The translations under genes were made by a program, and so were the position numbers. Positions 49,268 through 57,337 of a DNA stretch of 64,000 bases are shown here, in pieces. Below the pieces are notes generated by a model that was not told where the DNA came from, did not search any database, and was given only the letters and a program-made list of their open reading frames with translations. Each line of letters starts with the position of its first letter. Position 1 is the stretch's first letter. The stretch comes from an uncultured Cellvibrionales bacterium. Lineage in GTDB: Bacteria; Pseudomonadota; Gammaproteobacteria; Pseudomonadales; CAWVSB01. Location: NCBI GenBank assembly GCA_963933215.1, contig CAWVSB010000004.1, positions 11,887-75,886 of the forward strand, in the 5' to 3' direction.

Positions 49268-51622
49268 TTACGCTCCTGTCTTCTGCTGTAGTGCCTTGAG
49301 CTCTTCGCAGGCTCGCAGCACTCGCTCGGGTGTTGCTGGCGCATCGAGTCGAGGACTAAGACCATAGTCGCCTAGACTGCAAACGGCGTCACGCAATGCT
49401 GACCAGACTGAGATGCCTAGCATCAGTGGTGGTTCACCCACCGCTTTGGAATGGAAAATAGTCGCTTCTACATTGGGGCTATCTGGTAGCAATTCCACAT
49501 TAAAAATTGGCGGTGTATCGCCGATTGCGGGGATTTTGTAACTGGCCGGATTTGATGTCTGTAGACGTCCGTCTTTTCCCCAAATCAGTTCTTCGGTGGT
49601 CAGCCAGCCCATGCCTTGAATAAACCCACCTTCAATTTGGCCAATGTCGATAGCCGGATTAAGCGATTGACCAACGTCTTGGCAGATATCCACTTGTACG
49701 ACTTTATATTCCCCGGTCAGGGTATCGATTACCACCTCTGATACGGATGCCCCATAGGCAAAATAGAAGAAAGGCCTACCTTTGGCAGCCTCTCGGTCAT
49801 AATGTATTTTCGGAGTGCGATAAAAACCGGTAGCCGATAATGAAATTCTGTTGAGATAAGCCAGCTGGGTCAGCTCGGCAAAGCTGAGAACCTGTTGCCC
49901 CACCGTTATCTTGCCGGCGGCGAATTTTACCGCGCTAATGTCGGTAGCGAAATGCTGCGCAGCAAATTCGGTTAGTCTATTTCTAATAGTACGGGCAGCG
50001 TCGCGCGCCGCCATGCCGTTTAGATCAGTTCCTGACGAAGCCGCTGTTGGTGAAGTATTAGGTACCTTGTCAGTCCGAGTTGAGGTGCAGTTAATATTTT
50101 CTAGCCCCACCTGTAATTCGTTGGCGACAATCTGGGCTACCTTAGTATAAAGACCCTGGCCCATCTCAGTACCGCCATGGTTCAGTTGAATGCTGCCGTC
50201 TGTGTAGACGTGAATTAGCGCGCCAGCCTGGTTCAGATGTTGGACGGTAAATGAAATACCAAACTTGACCGGCGTTAGTGCGATGCCTCGTTTTAGTATG
50301 GGGCTGGTTTTGTTAAAAGCACGGATCTCATTGCGTCGTCTCTGATAGTTGGAAGTCTGCTCCAGGCGGGCGACTAATGGCTCAATCAGATGCTGTTCTA
50401 ACTGTTGGCCGTAATGGGTTGTATCTCTGCCGTCCTCAGGCCGGTAAAAATTGCGCCGGCGCACCTCCAATGGATCCAGCCCTGTGGCAGTGGCAATTTG
50501 CTCAACAATGTTCTCGATCGCCAGCATCCCCTGCGGCCCGCCAAAGCCCCTAAAGGCGGTATTCGATACTGTGTGAGTTTTTACCCGATGGCCACAGATA
50601 CGCGCTGCCGGCAAAAAGTAGGCATTGTCAGTATGAAACATAGCTCTATCGACAATGGCGTCTGACAGGTCAGGTGACATTCCACAACCCCCAGATAGCT
50701 CCAGATCAAGCCCTAGAATCTGGCCAGTATGGTCAAAACCCACAGCATAATGACTTAGGAACGGATGGCGTTTTCCGGTTGCGGTTATATCATCCGCCCG
50801 TGCTAGCCTCAGTTTTACTGGCCTGCCGGTTTTGTTGGCCAGCACCGCGGCAATGCAGGCCCACTGATTGGCATTGGTTTCTTTACCGCCAAAGGCGCCG
50901 CCCATACGCCGCACATCAACAGTGACCATATTCATCGGTATATTCAGTACCTCGGCAACCAACTTTTGCCCTTCTGTCGGGTGTTGGGTAGAGGTATAAA
51001 CAAACATACCGCCATCTTCCTGAGGAATACACAGTGAAGCCTGGCCTTCTAGATACATTTGTTCCTGGCCGCCACTGCTGAACTCTCCCCGCAGTCTCAA
51101 CGGCGCCCGTTCTATAGCAGCGCCTGCGTCACCTCGTTGCTGGGTATGGCTGGGACGGACATAGCTGTTATTTTTAAGGCCTTGCTCGATTTGGATATCA
51201 GCCTCTATAAGTTCATATTCAACTATCGCCAAGCGCGCGGCTTTCCGCGCGGCTTCTTGGCTAGTGGCTGCGACAGCAAATAACACCTGACCATAAAACT
51301 CAACGGTAGCGCCAACCATAAGTGGGTCGCCCGGAAATACTGCGCCTATATCCTTGTGGCCGGGAATATCGTCGGCGGTAATCACCGTATGAACACCGGG
51401 TGCTGCGCGCACTTTGTCCAAGTCCAGGCTGAGCAGACGTCCATGAGCCACGGTGCTAAGACCAACATAGGCAAACAGAAGGTCGGCTGGCGCCCCGATA
51501 TCGTCGGTATAGCGCGCCTTACCACTAACATGCAGATGGGCGCTTTCATGTTTGGCGGGCGCCCCAACGCCGGTGATACTTTCCTTGCCCGAGCGTGATT
51601 GGGTGGTTGGCAGGCTACGCAT
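49268..51622 (-). CDS. xdhB: xanthine dehydrogenase molybdopterin-binding subunit
   Basis: HESAHLHVSGKARYTDD N-terminal block and RRMGGAFGGKE Mo-pterin motif. I start it at ATG 51622, which overlaps the xdhA stop by 8 nt, rather than at the ORF-track 51937, which runs inside xdhA. Confidence 0.9.
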   Translation of the reverse strand: MRSLPTTQSRSGKESITGVGAPAKHESAHLHVSGKARYTDDIGAPADLLFAYVGLSTVAHGRLLSLDLDKVRAAPGVHTVITADDIPGHKDIGAVFPGDPLMVGATVEFYGQVLFAVAATSQEAARKAARLAIVEYELIEADIQIEQGLKNNSYVRPSHTQQRGDAGAAIERAPLRLRGEFSSGGQEQMYLEGQASLCIPQEDGGMFVYTSTQHPTEGQKLVAEVLNIPMNMVTVDVRRMGGAFGGKETNANQWACIAAVLANKTGRPVKLRLARADDITATGKRHPFLSHYAVGFDHTGQILGLDLELSGGCGMSPDLSDAIVDRAMFHTDNAYFLPAARICGHRVKTHTVSNTAFRGFGGPQGMLAIENIVEQIATATGLDPLEVRRRNFYRPEDGRDTTHYGQQLEQHLIEPLVARLEQTSNYQRRRNEIRAFNKTSPILKRGIALTPVKFGISFTVQHLNQAGALIHVYTDGSIQLNHGGTEMGQGLYTKVAQIVANELQVGLENINCTSTRTDKVPNTSPTAASSGTDLNGMAARDAARTIRNRLTEFAAQHFATDISAVKFAAGKITVGQQVLSFAELTQLAYLNRISLSATGFYRTPKIHYDREAAKGRPFFYFAYGASVSEVVIDTLTGEYKVVQVDICQDVGQSLNPAIDIGQIEGGFIQGMGWLTTEELIWGKDGRLQTSNPASYKIPAIGDTPPIFNVELLPDSPNVEATIFHSKAVGEPPLMLGISVWSALRDAVCSLGDYGLSPRLDAPATPERVLRACEELKALQQKTGA

Positions 51623-53057
51623 AATGAGTAACCTGTAATGTTGACGGCTCACTGCCATGGGCATGAAATAGCCGCTGCAATAAGTTGCGCGCCACTTGCA
51701 TTCGATAAAAGGCACTCGCCCTAAAGTCATCAATGGGGCTGAAGTCCTGTTCCAATGCGGCCATTGCAGAGGTAATAGTTTGTTGTTGCCACGGCTGTCC
51801 CAACAGGGCCTGCTCACAATGGCTTGCTCGGCGCGGAATTTCAGCCATGCCACCAAAGGCGATGCTGACTGAGCACACATGTCCCGCCTCAATTTGTAGT
51901 TTGAAAGCGCCACAGACGGCAGATATGTCGTCTTCAAGGCGTTTACTGATTTTGTAGGTCTGAAACCAATCTTGTTGGCAGGGCGTCGGTATCACAATAC
52001 GTTCAATAAACTCTCCGGCTTGCAGTGCAGTCACCTTGTAGCCGATGTAAAACTGGTCCAGTGGTATTGACCGGCTTACGTCACCGCGGCGCAGCACTAA
52101 ACTGGCACCCAGTGCTAGTAGCGCTGGTGGCATATCACCAATTGGTGAGGCGTTGGCAATATTACCCCCCAAAGTGCCCTGATTACGAATCTGCAGCGAG
52201 CCCAATCTTTCCAGCAATTCATGCAAGTTGGGCCAGTGTTTTAGCAAGGCATCTTTACAATCGTTAAAGCATACTGCAGCACCTATATGTAAAGCGCCTT
52301 GTTGGTCTTGGCATTGGCGCAGTTCGGGCACTTGACCGGTGAAAACCAGCGTATCGATTTCCTTTAGGCCTTGAGTAATCTCCAAGGCAAGGTCAGTGGC
52401 CCCAGCAACAAGGCGAGCTTGTGGATATTCCAGCAGCGTGGCGGCTAGAGCCTGAAGCGAACGCGGGGCAAAGTAGCGCCTGCCACTGCCCTCAAGCGAT
52501 ATCGGGTCTGTGGATAAAGCAATACGGCTAAGGTCAGCTATTGTTTGCGCTTTTTGGGCACTAAAAGAATCAGTGCTGGCGGGCTCATACATCTGTACCG
52601 CCGCATCGACTATCGGCCGATAGCCGGTACAGCGGCATAAATTTCCTCCCAGCGATTCTATGATTTCGCTGCGCTCAGGGCTGTCGTAAGTCTTAATATG
52701 GGCAAACATCGACATTATAAAACCCGGCGTGCAAAAACCGCATTGTGATCCATGCTGTTCTACCATCGCTTGCTGTACAGGATGCAGCGTTTGTTCTTGC
52801 TGCACATCTTCAACGGTTATTAGTTGCAACCCATGCAAGTTTCCCAGCGGCGTGATGCAAGCATTGATGGCTCGGTAGCGTAATTGATCTTGCTTTAGCT
52901 CGCCTATTACGACGGTGCAGGCACCGCAGTCTCCCGATGCACAGCCTTCCTTGGTTCCTATTTTGCCTAGCTGATCGCGCAGGTAAGTAAGTACTGACAT
53001 ATTAGGATCAACATTGTCGAGCTGATGCTCCGTTGAATTTAGTAGGAATCGAATCAT
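51615..53057 (-). CDS. xdhA: xanthine dehydrogenase small subunit (2Fe-2S + FAD)
   Basis: Two [2Fe-2S] motifs, CASGDCGACTV and CGFCTPG...CRCTGYRPI, followed by a FAD-binding domain. ATG at 53057 is preceded by GGGAGG and overlaps the upstream stop (ATGA). Confidence 0.9.
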   Translation of the reverse strand: MIRFLLNSTEHQLDNVDPNMSVLTYLRDQLGKIGTKEGCASGDCGACTVVIGELKQDQLRYRAINACITPLGNLHGLQLITVEDVQQEQTLHPVQQAMVEQHGSQCGFCTPGFIMSMFAHIKTYDSPERSEIIESLGGNLCRCTGYRPIVDAAVQMYEPASTDSFSAQKAQTIADLSRIALSTDPISLEGSGRRYFAPRSLQALAATLLEYPQARLVAGATDLALEITQGLKEIDTLVFTGQVPELRQCQDQQGALHIGAAVCFNDCKDALLKHWPNLHELLERLGSLQIRNQGTLGGNIANASPIGDMPPALLALGASLVLRRGDVSRSIPLDQFYIGYKVTALQAGEFIERIVIPTPCQQDWFQTYKISKRLEDDISAVCGAFKLQIEAGHVCSVSIAFGGMAEIPRRASHCEQALLGQPWQQQTITSAMAALEQDFSPIDDFRASAFYRMQVARNLLQRLFHAHGSEPSTLQVTHYA

Positions 53058-54364
53058 GAGGCCCCTCCCATAAAGGTGAATTTGGCAATAAAAATAATTG
53101 CCAGAAACCATGCGCCCATACTTACCTCAACAGCTCGGCCAGTAATTACCTTGATGGCCACATAACTGATAAAGCCCATCGCTATGCCGTTGGCAATAGA
53201 GAAGGCCAGAGGAATCATTATGATGGTAAGCAACGCCGGTACTAACTCGGTGGCGTCGTCCCAATCGAGCTCGCGCATGCCACTCATCATCAGTAGCGCC
53301 ACATACACCAACGCCCCTGAGGTGGCAAACGCAGGCACCATGCCGGCCAGTGGTGAGAAGAAAATTGCTAATAAAAAAAGCAGGCCAACAGTTACTGCAG
53401 TTAACCCCGTGCGTCCTCCAGCAGCAACTCCCGCGGTACTCTCCACATAACTAGTGACCGGCGCGCAACCTAAAAAGGCGCCCACAATACTTGAAGAACT
53501 GTCGGCCTTAAGGGCCTTGTCTAGATTTTGGATGTTACCTTGTTCGTCGACTAACTTAGCGCGAGTAGCAACACCCATTAGCGTGCCGGTGGTATCAAAC
53601 AGATTGACGAACAAAATGGCGATTATCACGCTTATCATCGCCACGTCAAAAGCACCGGCGATGTCCAATTGCAAGAAGATCGGGGCAATACTGGGGGGAC
53701 TAGAAATAATGCCGTTATATTGCACTTCTCCTATTATCAGACCAACAGCGGTGAGGGACAGAACTCCCAGCATTATTGCGCCGGGTATCTGCCGCACTGA
53801 CAGCGCAGCGATAAGGATAAATCCTAGTGCGGCCAACATAGTTGATGGTTGAGTAAGGTCGCCCATACTAAGAATGGTGGCTTGATTGGCGACGATGATA
53901 CCGCCACTTTTAAGACCGATAAAACCGATGAACAGCCCGACACCACAGCCCATGGCAATTCTCAAATCACGGGGGATACTCTCGAGTATCCAGGCCCGCA
54001 GCCTAGTGACACTCATAATCACGAACAGTACGCCGGCCAAAAATACAGCTCCTAATGCCACCTGCCAGCTATAGCCCATTTCACCAACCACAGTGTAGGT
54101 GAAAAACGCATTAAGCCCCATGCCCGGTGCCAGCCCTACCGGCCAGTTCGAATAGAAACCCATAAAGAAACAGGCGAGGGCGGCGGCGATACAGGTCGCG
54201 GTAAAGCTTGCGCCATAATCCATCCCCGCCGTTGCCATCATTTGGGGATTGACAAAAATGATGTAGGCCATGGTGATAAATGTGGTCAGGCCCGCTAGTA
54301 GCTCCGTAGAAATCCGGGTGTTATGTTCGGACAGCTTGAAGATCCGCTCAAGTATGCTTTGCAT
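53054..54364 (-). CDS. NCS2/AzgA-type purine permease (guanine/hypoxanthine/adenine)
   Basis: N-terminal ERIFKLSEHNTRISTELLAGLTTFITMAYIIFVNPQ is typical of AzgA-like permeases. About 12-13 TM helices. Confidence 0.85.
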   Translation of the reverse strand: MQSILERIFKLSEHNTRISTELLAGLTTFITMAYIIFVNPQMMATAGMDYGASFTATCIAAALACFFMGFYSNWPVGLAPGMGLNAFFTYTVVGEMGYSWQVALGAVFLAGVLFVIMSVTRLRAWILESIPRDLRIAMGCGVGLFIGFIGLKSGGIIVANQATILSMGDLTQPSTMLAALGFILIAALSVRQIPGAIMLGVLSLTAVGLIIGEVQYNGIISSPPSIAPIFLQLDIAGAFDVAMISVIIAILFVNLFDTTGTLMGVATRAKLVDEQGNIQNLDKALKADSSSSIVGAFLGCAPVTSYVESTAGVAAGGRTGLTAVTVGLLFLLAIFFSPLAGMVPAFATSGALVYVALLMMSGMRELDWDDATELVPALLTIIMIPLAFSIANGIAMGFISYVAIKVITGRAVEVSMGAWFLAIIFIAKFTFMGGAS

Positions 54365-54383
54365 ACGATCTATTTCCTATTTT

Positions 54384-55748
54384 TCATAAGTGGTTTGCCA
54401 CCAGCTTCTTGGCCTGTAGGCGCTGTTCTGCCTTTAGTTCTTCTATGTCCAAATCTACGATTGCGCCATCGACTACGCGCCAGTTGCCCGCGATCATCAC
54501 CCGGTCGGCGCGCTGCGCATTGCACAATAACAGCGCGGCCAAAGGGTCGTGACTGCCGGCAAAAGACAGCTCATCCAATTTAAACAGTGCTAAATCTGCT
54601 TGCTTACCCACCGCCAATTGGCCAATGTCATCGCGTCCCAGTACGGCGGCTGAGCCAGCGGTTGCCCAGCGCAGCGCATCTAAATGGCTAACCGCCGCAG
54701 GGCCGTATCGCAAGCGTTGCAAATACAAGGCTAGCCTGGCTTCGACAATCATATTGCTGGCATCATTGGAGGCGGAACCATCGACGGCCAAACCAACTTT
54801 TACGCCGGCCGCTTCAAGTTCTACGTTGCGACAAATACCTGAGCCCAGCATCATGTTAGAGCCTGGGCAATGGGCGATACCGACTTGAGCTGCGCCGAGT
54901 CGGGTTATTTCTTCATCGTTAAAATGAATGCCATGAGCTAGCCAGGTATTTTCATTGAGCCAGCCCACTCGCTCCAGATAGTCGACGGTTCGACAACCAA
55001 ACCTTTGCTGACAAAATTCTTCTTCATCAAGTGTTTCTGCCAGGTGGGTGTGTAGTCTTACTTTATGTTTCTGAGCCAATACAGCGCTGTTACGCATAAG
55101 CGATTCGGTGACTGAAAAAGGCGAGCAGGGCGCCAGCGCTATCTGTACAAAAGAGCCAGCATTAGCGTCATGGTAGCGCTCTATAAGCCGCTCAGAATCC
55201 TCAAGAATAGTGTCTTCGTCTTGTACCGTAGACTGTGGCGGCAGGCCGCCATCGTCTTCGCCCAGCGACATAGATCCTCGGGTCAAGGTTACCCGAGAAC
55301 CGATAGTTTCGCGGGCCAGAACCTGAGCGTCGATGGCTTCTTCCATACCGGCGGGAAACAGATAGTGATGATCTGCTGCGGTAGTGCAGCCAGATAGTAA
55401 AAGCTCGGCTAGCGCAACTCGAGTAGCACTGAATAACATTGGTGGTTGCAGTGACGCCCACACCGGATACAGACTTTTAAGCCAATCAAACAGTTCTTTA
55501 TTCAACGCGTCAGGGAAGGCGCGGGTCAGGGTCTGATAGAAGTGATGATGAGTGTTTATCAAACCCGGTAATAACACGTGTTCGCGGGCATCGAATGTAC
55601 TGTCTACCGGCGCAGCAGGCTGCTGGCCCTTACCGAGTACCTCTTCAATTATCCCGCCACAGATAACCAGTCCGCCTGCGGCCGACTCTTCGGTAGCGGT
55701 GAAGCAGGCGAGGGGGTTGCGAATCCAATAACGTTTGTCAGCTGCCAC
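54384..55748 (-). CDS. amidohydrolase-superfamily deaminase (8-oxoguanine deaminase / COG0402-like)
   Basis: PGLINTHHHFYQT metal motif, HLAE and AHGIH blocks and GVDGSASND. Sits between the two permease genes. Confidence 0.7.
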   Translation of the reverse strand: MAADKRYWIRNPLACFTATEESAAGGLVICGGIIEEVLGKGQQPAAPVDSTFDAREHVLLPGLINTHHHFYQTLTRAFPDALNKELFDWLKSLYPVWASLQPPMLFSATRVALAELLLSGCTTAADHHYLFPAGMEEAIDAQVLARETIGSRVTLTRGSMSLGEDDGGLPPQSTVQDEDTILEDSERLIERYHDANAGSFVQIALAPCSPFSVTESLMRNSAVLAQKHKVRLHTHLAETLDEEEFCQQRFGCRTVDYLERVGWLNENTWLAHGIHFNDEEITRLGAAQVGIAHCPGSNMMLGSGICRNVELEAAGVKVGLAVDGSASNDASNMIVEARLALYLQRLRYGPAAVSHLDALRWATAGSAAVLGRDDIGQLAVGKQADLALFKLDELSFAGSHDPLAALLLCNAQRADRVMIAGNWRVVDGAIVDLDIEELKAEQRLQAKKLVANHL

Positions 55749-57096
55749 TTTGATTATCCTGGTCAGACAATTCAGGCAGGATAACGCTAAGTAACATAGC
55801 TGTTAGGCCGGCGGTTGCTGCAGCTGAACTGAAAATATTTTGCACCAAAGCGGGAGTTTTTGAAAAAGCGTCGGGCACTAGCGCTAGGCCCAGGCCCAGG
55901 CCTAACGAAACCGCAATGATAATAACCTTTCTGCGATCTATTTCTTCTGACGCGAGGATCTTAATCCCCGCCACAGCGACGGTGCCAAACATTACCAAGG
56001 TGGCGCCGCCCAGTACTGACTTGGGAATCTGTTGCAAAATATCGCCAATACCCTGGAATAATCCGAGAAAAATCAGCAATGCCGCGATGTACAGACCAAT
56101 ATGCCTGCTGGCAATACCGGTGAGCTGAATCACTCCGGTATTCTGGCTAAAGGTGGTGTTGGGGAAGGAGTTTAAAACTGCGGCAATCATCGAGTTAATA
56201 CCGTCCCCTAGCACGCCACTTTTAATGCGCTGAATATAGCTTTCGCCCGCAATGGGTTGTCCGGAAATTATACAGTTGGCGGTAATGTCGCCGGTTGTCT
56301 CAACCGTGCTGATAATATATATCACTGCGAGAGGGATAAAGGCGGCAAACTGAAAATCAAAGCCGTATTTAAAGGGTATCGGCACGCTAACAGTCGCCGA
56401 CGGCATTAAATCCCCCGGATTGAGCATGCCCGCTAGCGCTGCGGCCACAAAGCCGGCAATAAGACCAACCACAATAGATGACAGCCGCACCCAGTTGTTG
56501 GCAGATATATTCATTAACACGATTACCGCGATTACAAAAAAGCCCAGCATCAAGTTAGCAGGACTGCCAAAGTCGGGGGCATTTACGCCGCCGGCAAGAT
56601 CTGTCATGCCTACCTTAATTAGGCTGATACCAATACTGGTGATGACAATACCAGTCACCAGTGGGGTTACTATTTTTCTTAGTCGGGGGATGATCTGACT
56701 GAGGCCTATCTGCACAAATGCACCAACAAAGCACAGGCTGGTAATCACTGCGATAATTTCTTCCGGCCCGCCACCGGCATCACGGGTCATAAAGCCCGCG
56801 CTTAATATGGCCCCAAGAAAAGCAAAGCTGGTGCCCTGTACACAGAGCATGCCTGCGCCTATGCCAAAAGGTTTATAGGATTGTACAAATGTGCCTATAC
56901 CTGACGCAATTAAAGCCATGCTAATTAGATAGGGCAATTGCTCCTGCAGACCAAGCACATTGCCAATAATAAGGGTGGGAGTAACGATACCGACAAAAGA
57001 TGCCAGCAAGTGCTGGATCGCTGCGAACAAGGATTCTAAAAACGGCGGCTTGTCATCTAGTCGATAGATCAGCCCCGAGGGCGTTTCAGTTGTCAT
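55738..57096 (-). CDS. NCS2/NAT family nucleobase:cation symporter (xanthine/uric acid permease-like)
   Basis: NAT signature FSQNTGVIQLTGIASR. About 13-14 TM helices. Confidence 0.85.
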   Translation of the reverse strand: MTTETPSGLIYRLDDKPPFLESLFAAIQHLLASFVGIVTPTLIIGNVLGLQEQLPYLISMALIASGIGTFVQSYKPFGIGAGMLCVQGTSFAFLGAILSAGFMTRDAGGGPEEIIAVITSLCFVGAFVQIGLSQIIPRLRKIVTPLVTGIVITSIGISLIKVGMTDLAGGVNAPDFGSPANLMLGFFVIAVIVLMNISANNWVRLSSIVVGLIAGFVAAALAGMLNPGDLMPSATVSVPIPFKYGFDFQFAAFIPLAVIYIISTVETTGDITANCIISGQPIAGESYIQRIKSGVLGDGINSMIAAVLNSFPNTTFSQNTGVIQLTGIASRHIGLYIAALLIFLGLFQGIGDILQQIPKSVLGGATLVMFGTVAVAGIKILASEEIDRRKVIIIAVSLGLGLGLALVPDAFSKTPALVQNIFSSAAATAGLTAMLLSVILPELSDQDNQSGS

Positions 57097-57277
57097 CCAT
57101 CAGCATCCCTTTGCTCGAGTATTAATTTATATGACACCATTTAAAATATAACTCCGTCGCAGAGGGTTATTGCGTCTGTTTAGTAAAATTGACCAATTTC
57201 CTCAAGCCTAGCCTCGACGATTACGGCCATAGTGATAGCTAAATAATGGTTTTCATAGCTCATCTTATATAGGTCTT

Positions 57278-57304
57278 AAAAAAAAGCCCAGAAAGTAACT
57301 GGGC
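57278..57304 (-). terminator. Rho-independent terminator downstream of the TonB-dependent receptor
   Basis: On the minus strand: GCCCAG-TTACTTT-CTGGGC followed by T8. It lies 34 nt after the receptor stop. Confidence 0.85.
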
Positions 57305-57337
57305 ATGATTCGAAAAACTTACTCTAACGCTAAATAA

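Noticed and set aside
51623-51937. N-terminal 105-codon extension of the xdhB ORF, which is 889 aa in the ORF track.
   Set aside because: The extension lies entirely inside xdhA in another frame and has no XdhB-like sequence. ATG at 51622 gives a 784-aa protein beginning just before the conserved HESAxxHVxGxAxYxDD block, with an 8-nt overlap typical of this operon.
42096-57096. Impression that the purine operon is GC-richer than its flanks, which would point to horizontal acquisition.
   Set aside because: Hand counts of single 60-nt lines gave 31/60, 34/60 and 38/60 inside the block against 21/60 and 16/60 in some flanking genes. A flanking SDR line gave 36/60. Composition is therefore heterogeneous, and I cannot support the claim without a proper sliding-window GC or k-mer calculation. 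No integrase, tRNA or direct repeats flank the block.
57097-57337. Looked for a purine (guanine/xanthine) riboswitch in the leader of the purine operon.
   Set aside because: Reading the minus-strand leader, I could not find the conserved purine-riboswitch junction and loop elements (the UAUNNGG-type L2, the GUUUCUACC-type J2/3 and the CCGUAAA-type L3) or a three-way junction. Only a covariance-model scan could exclude a divergent RNA.
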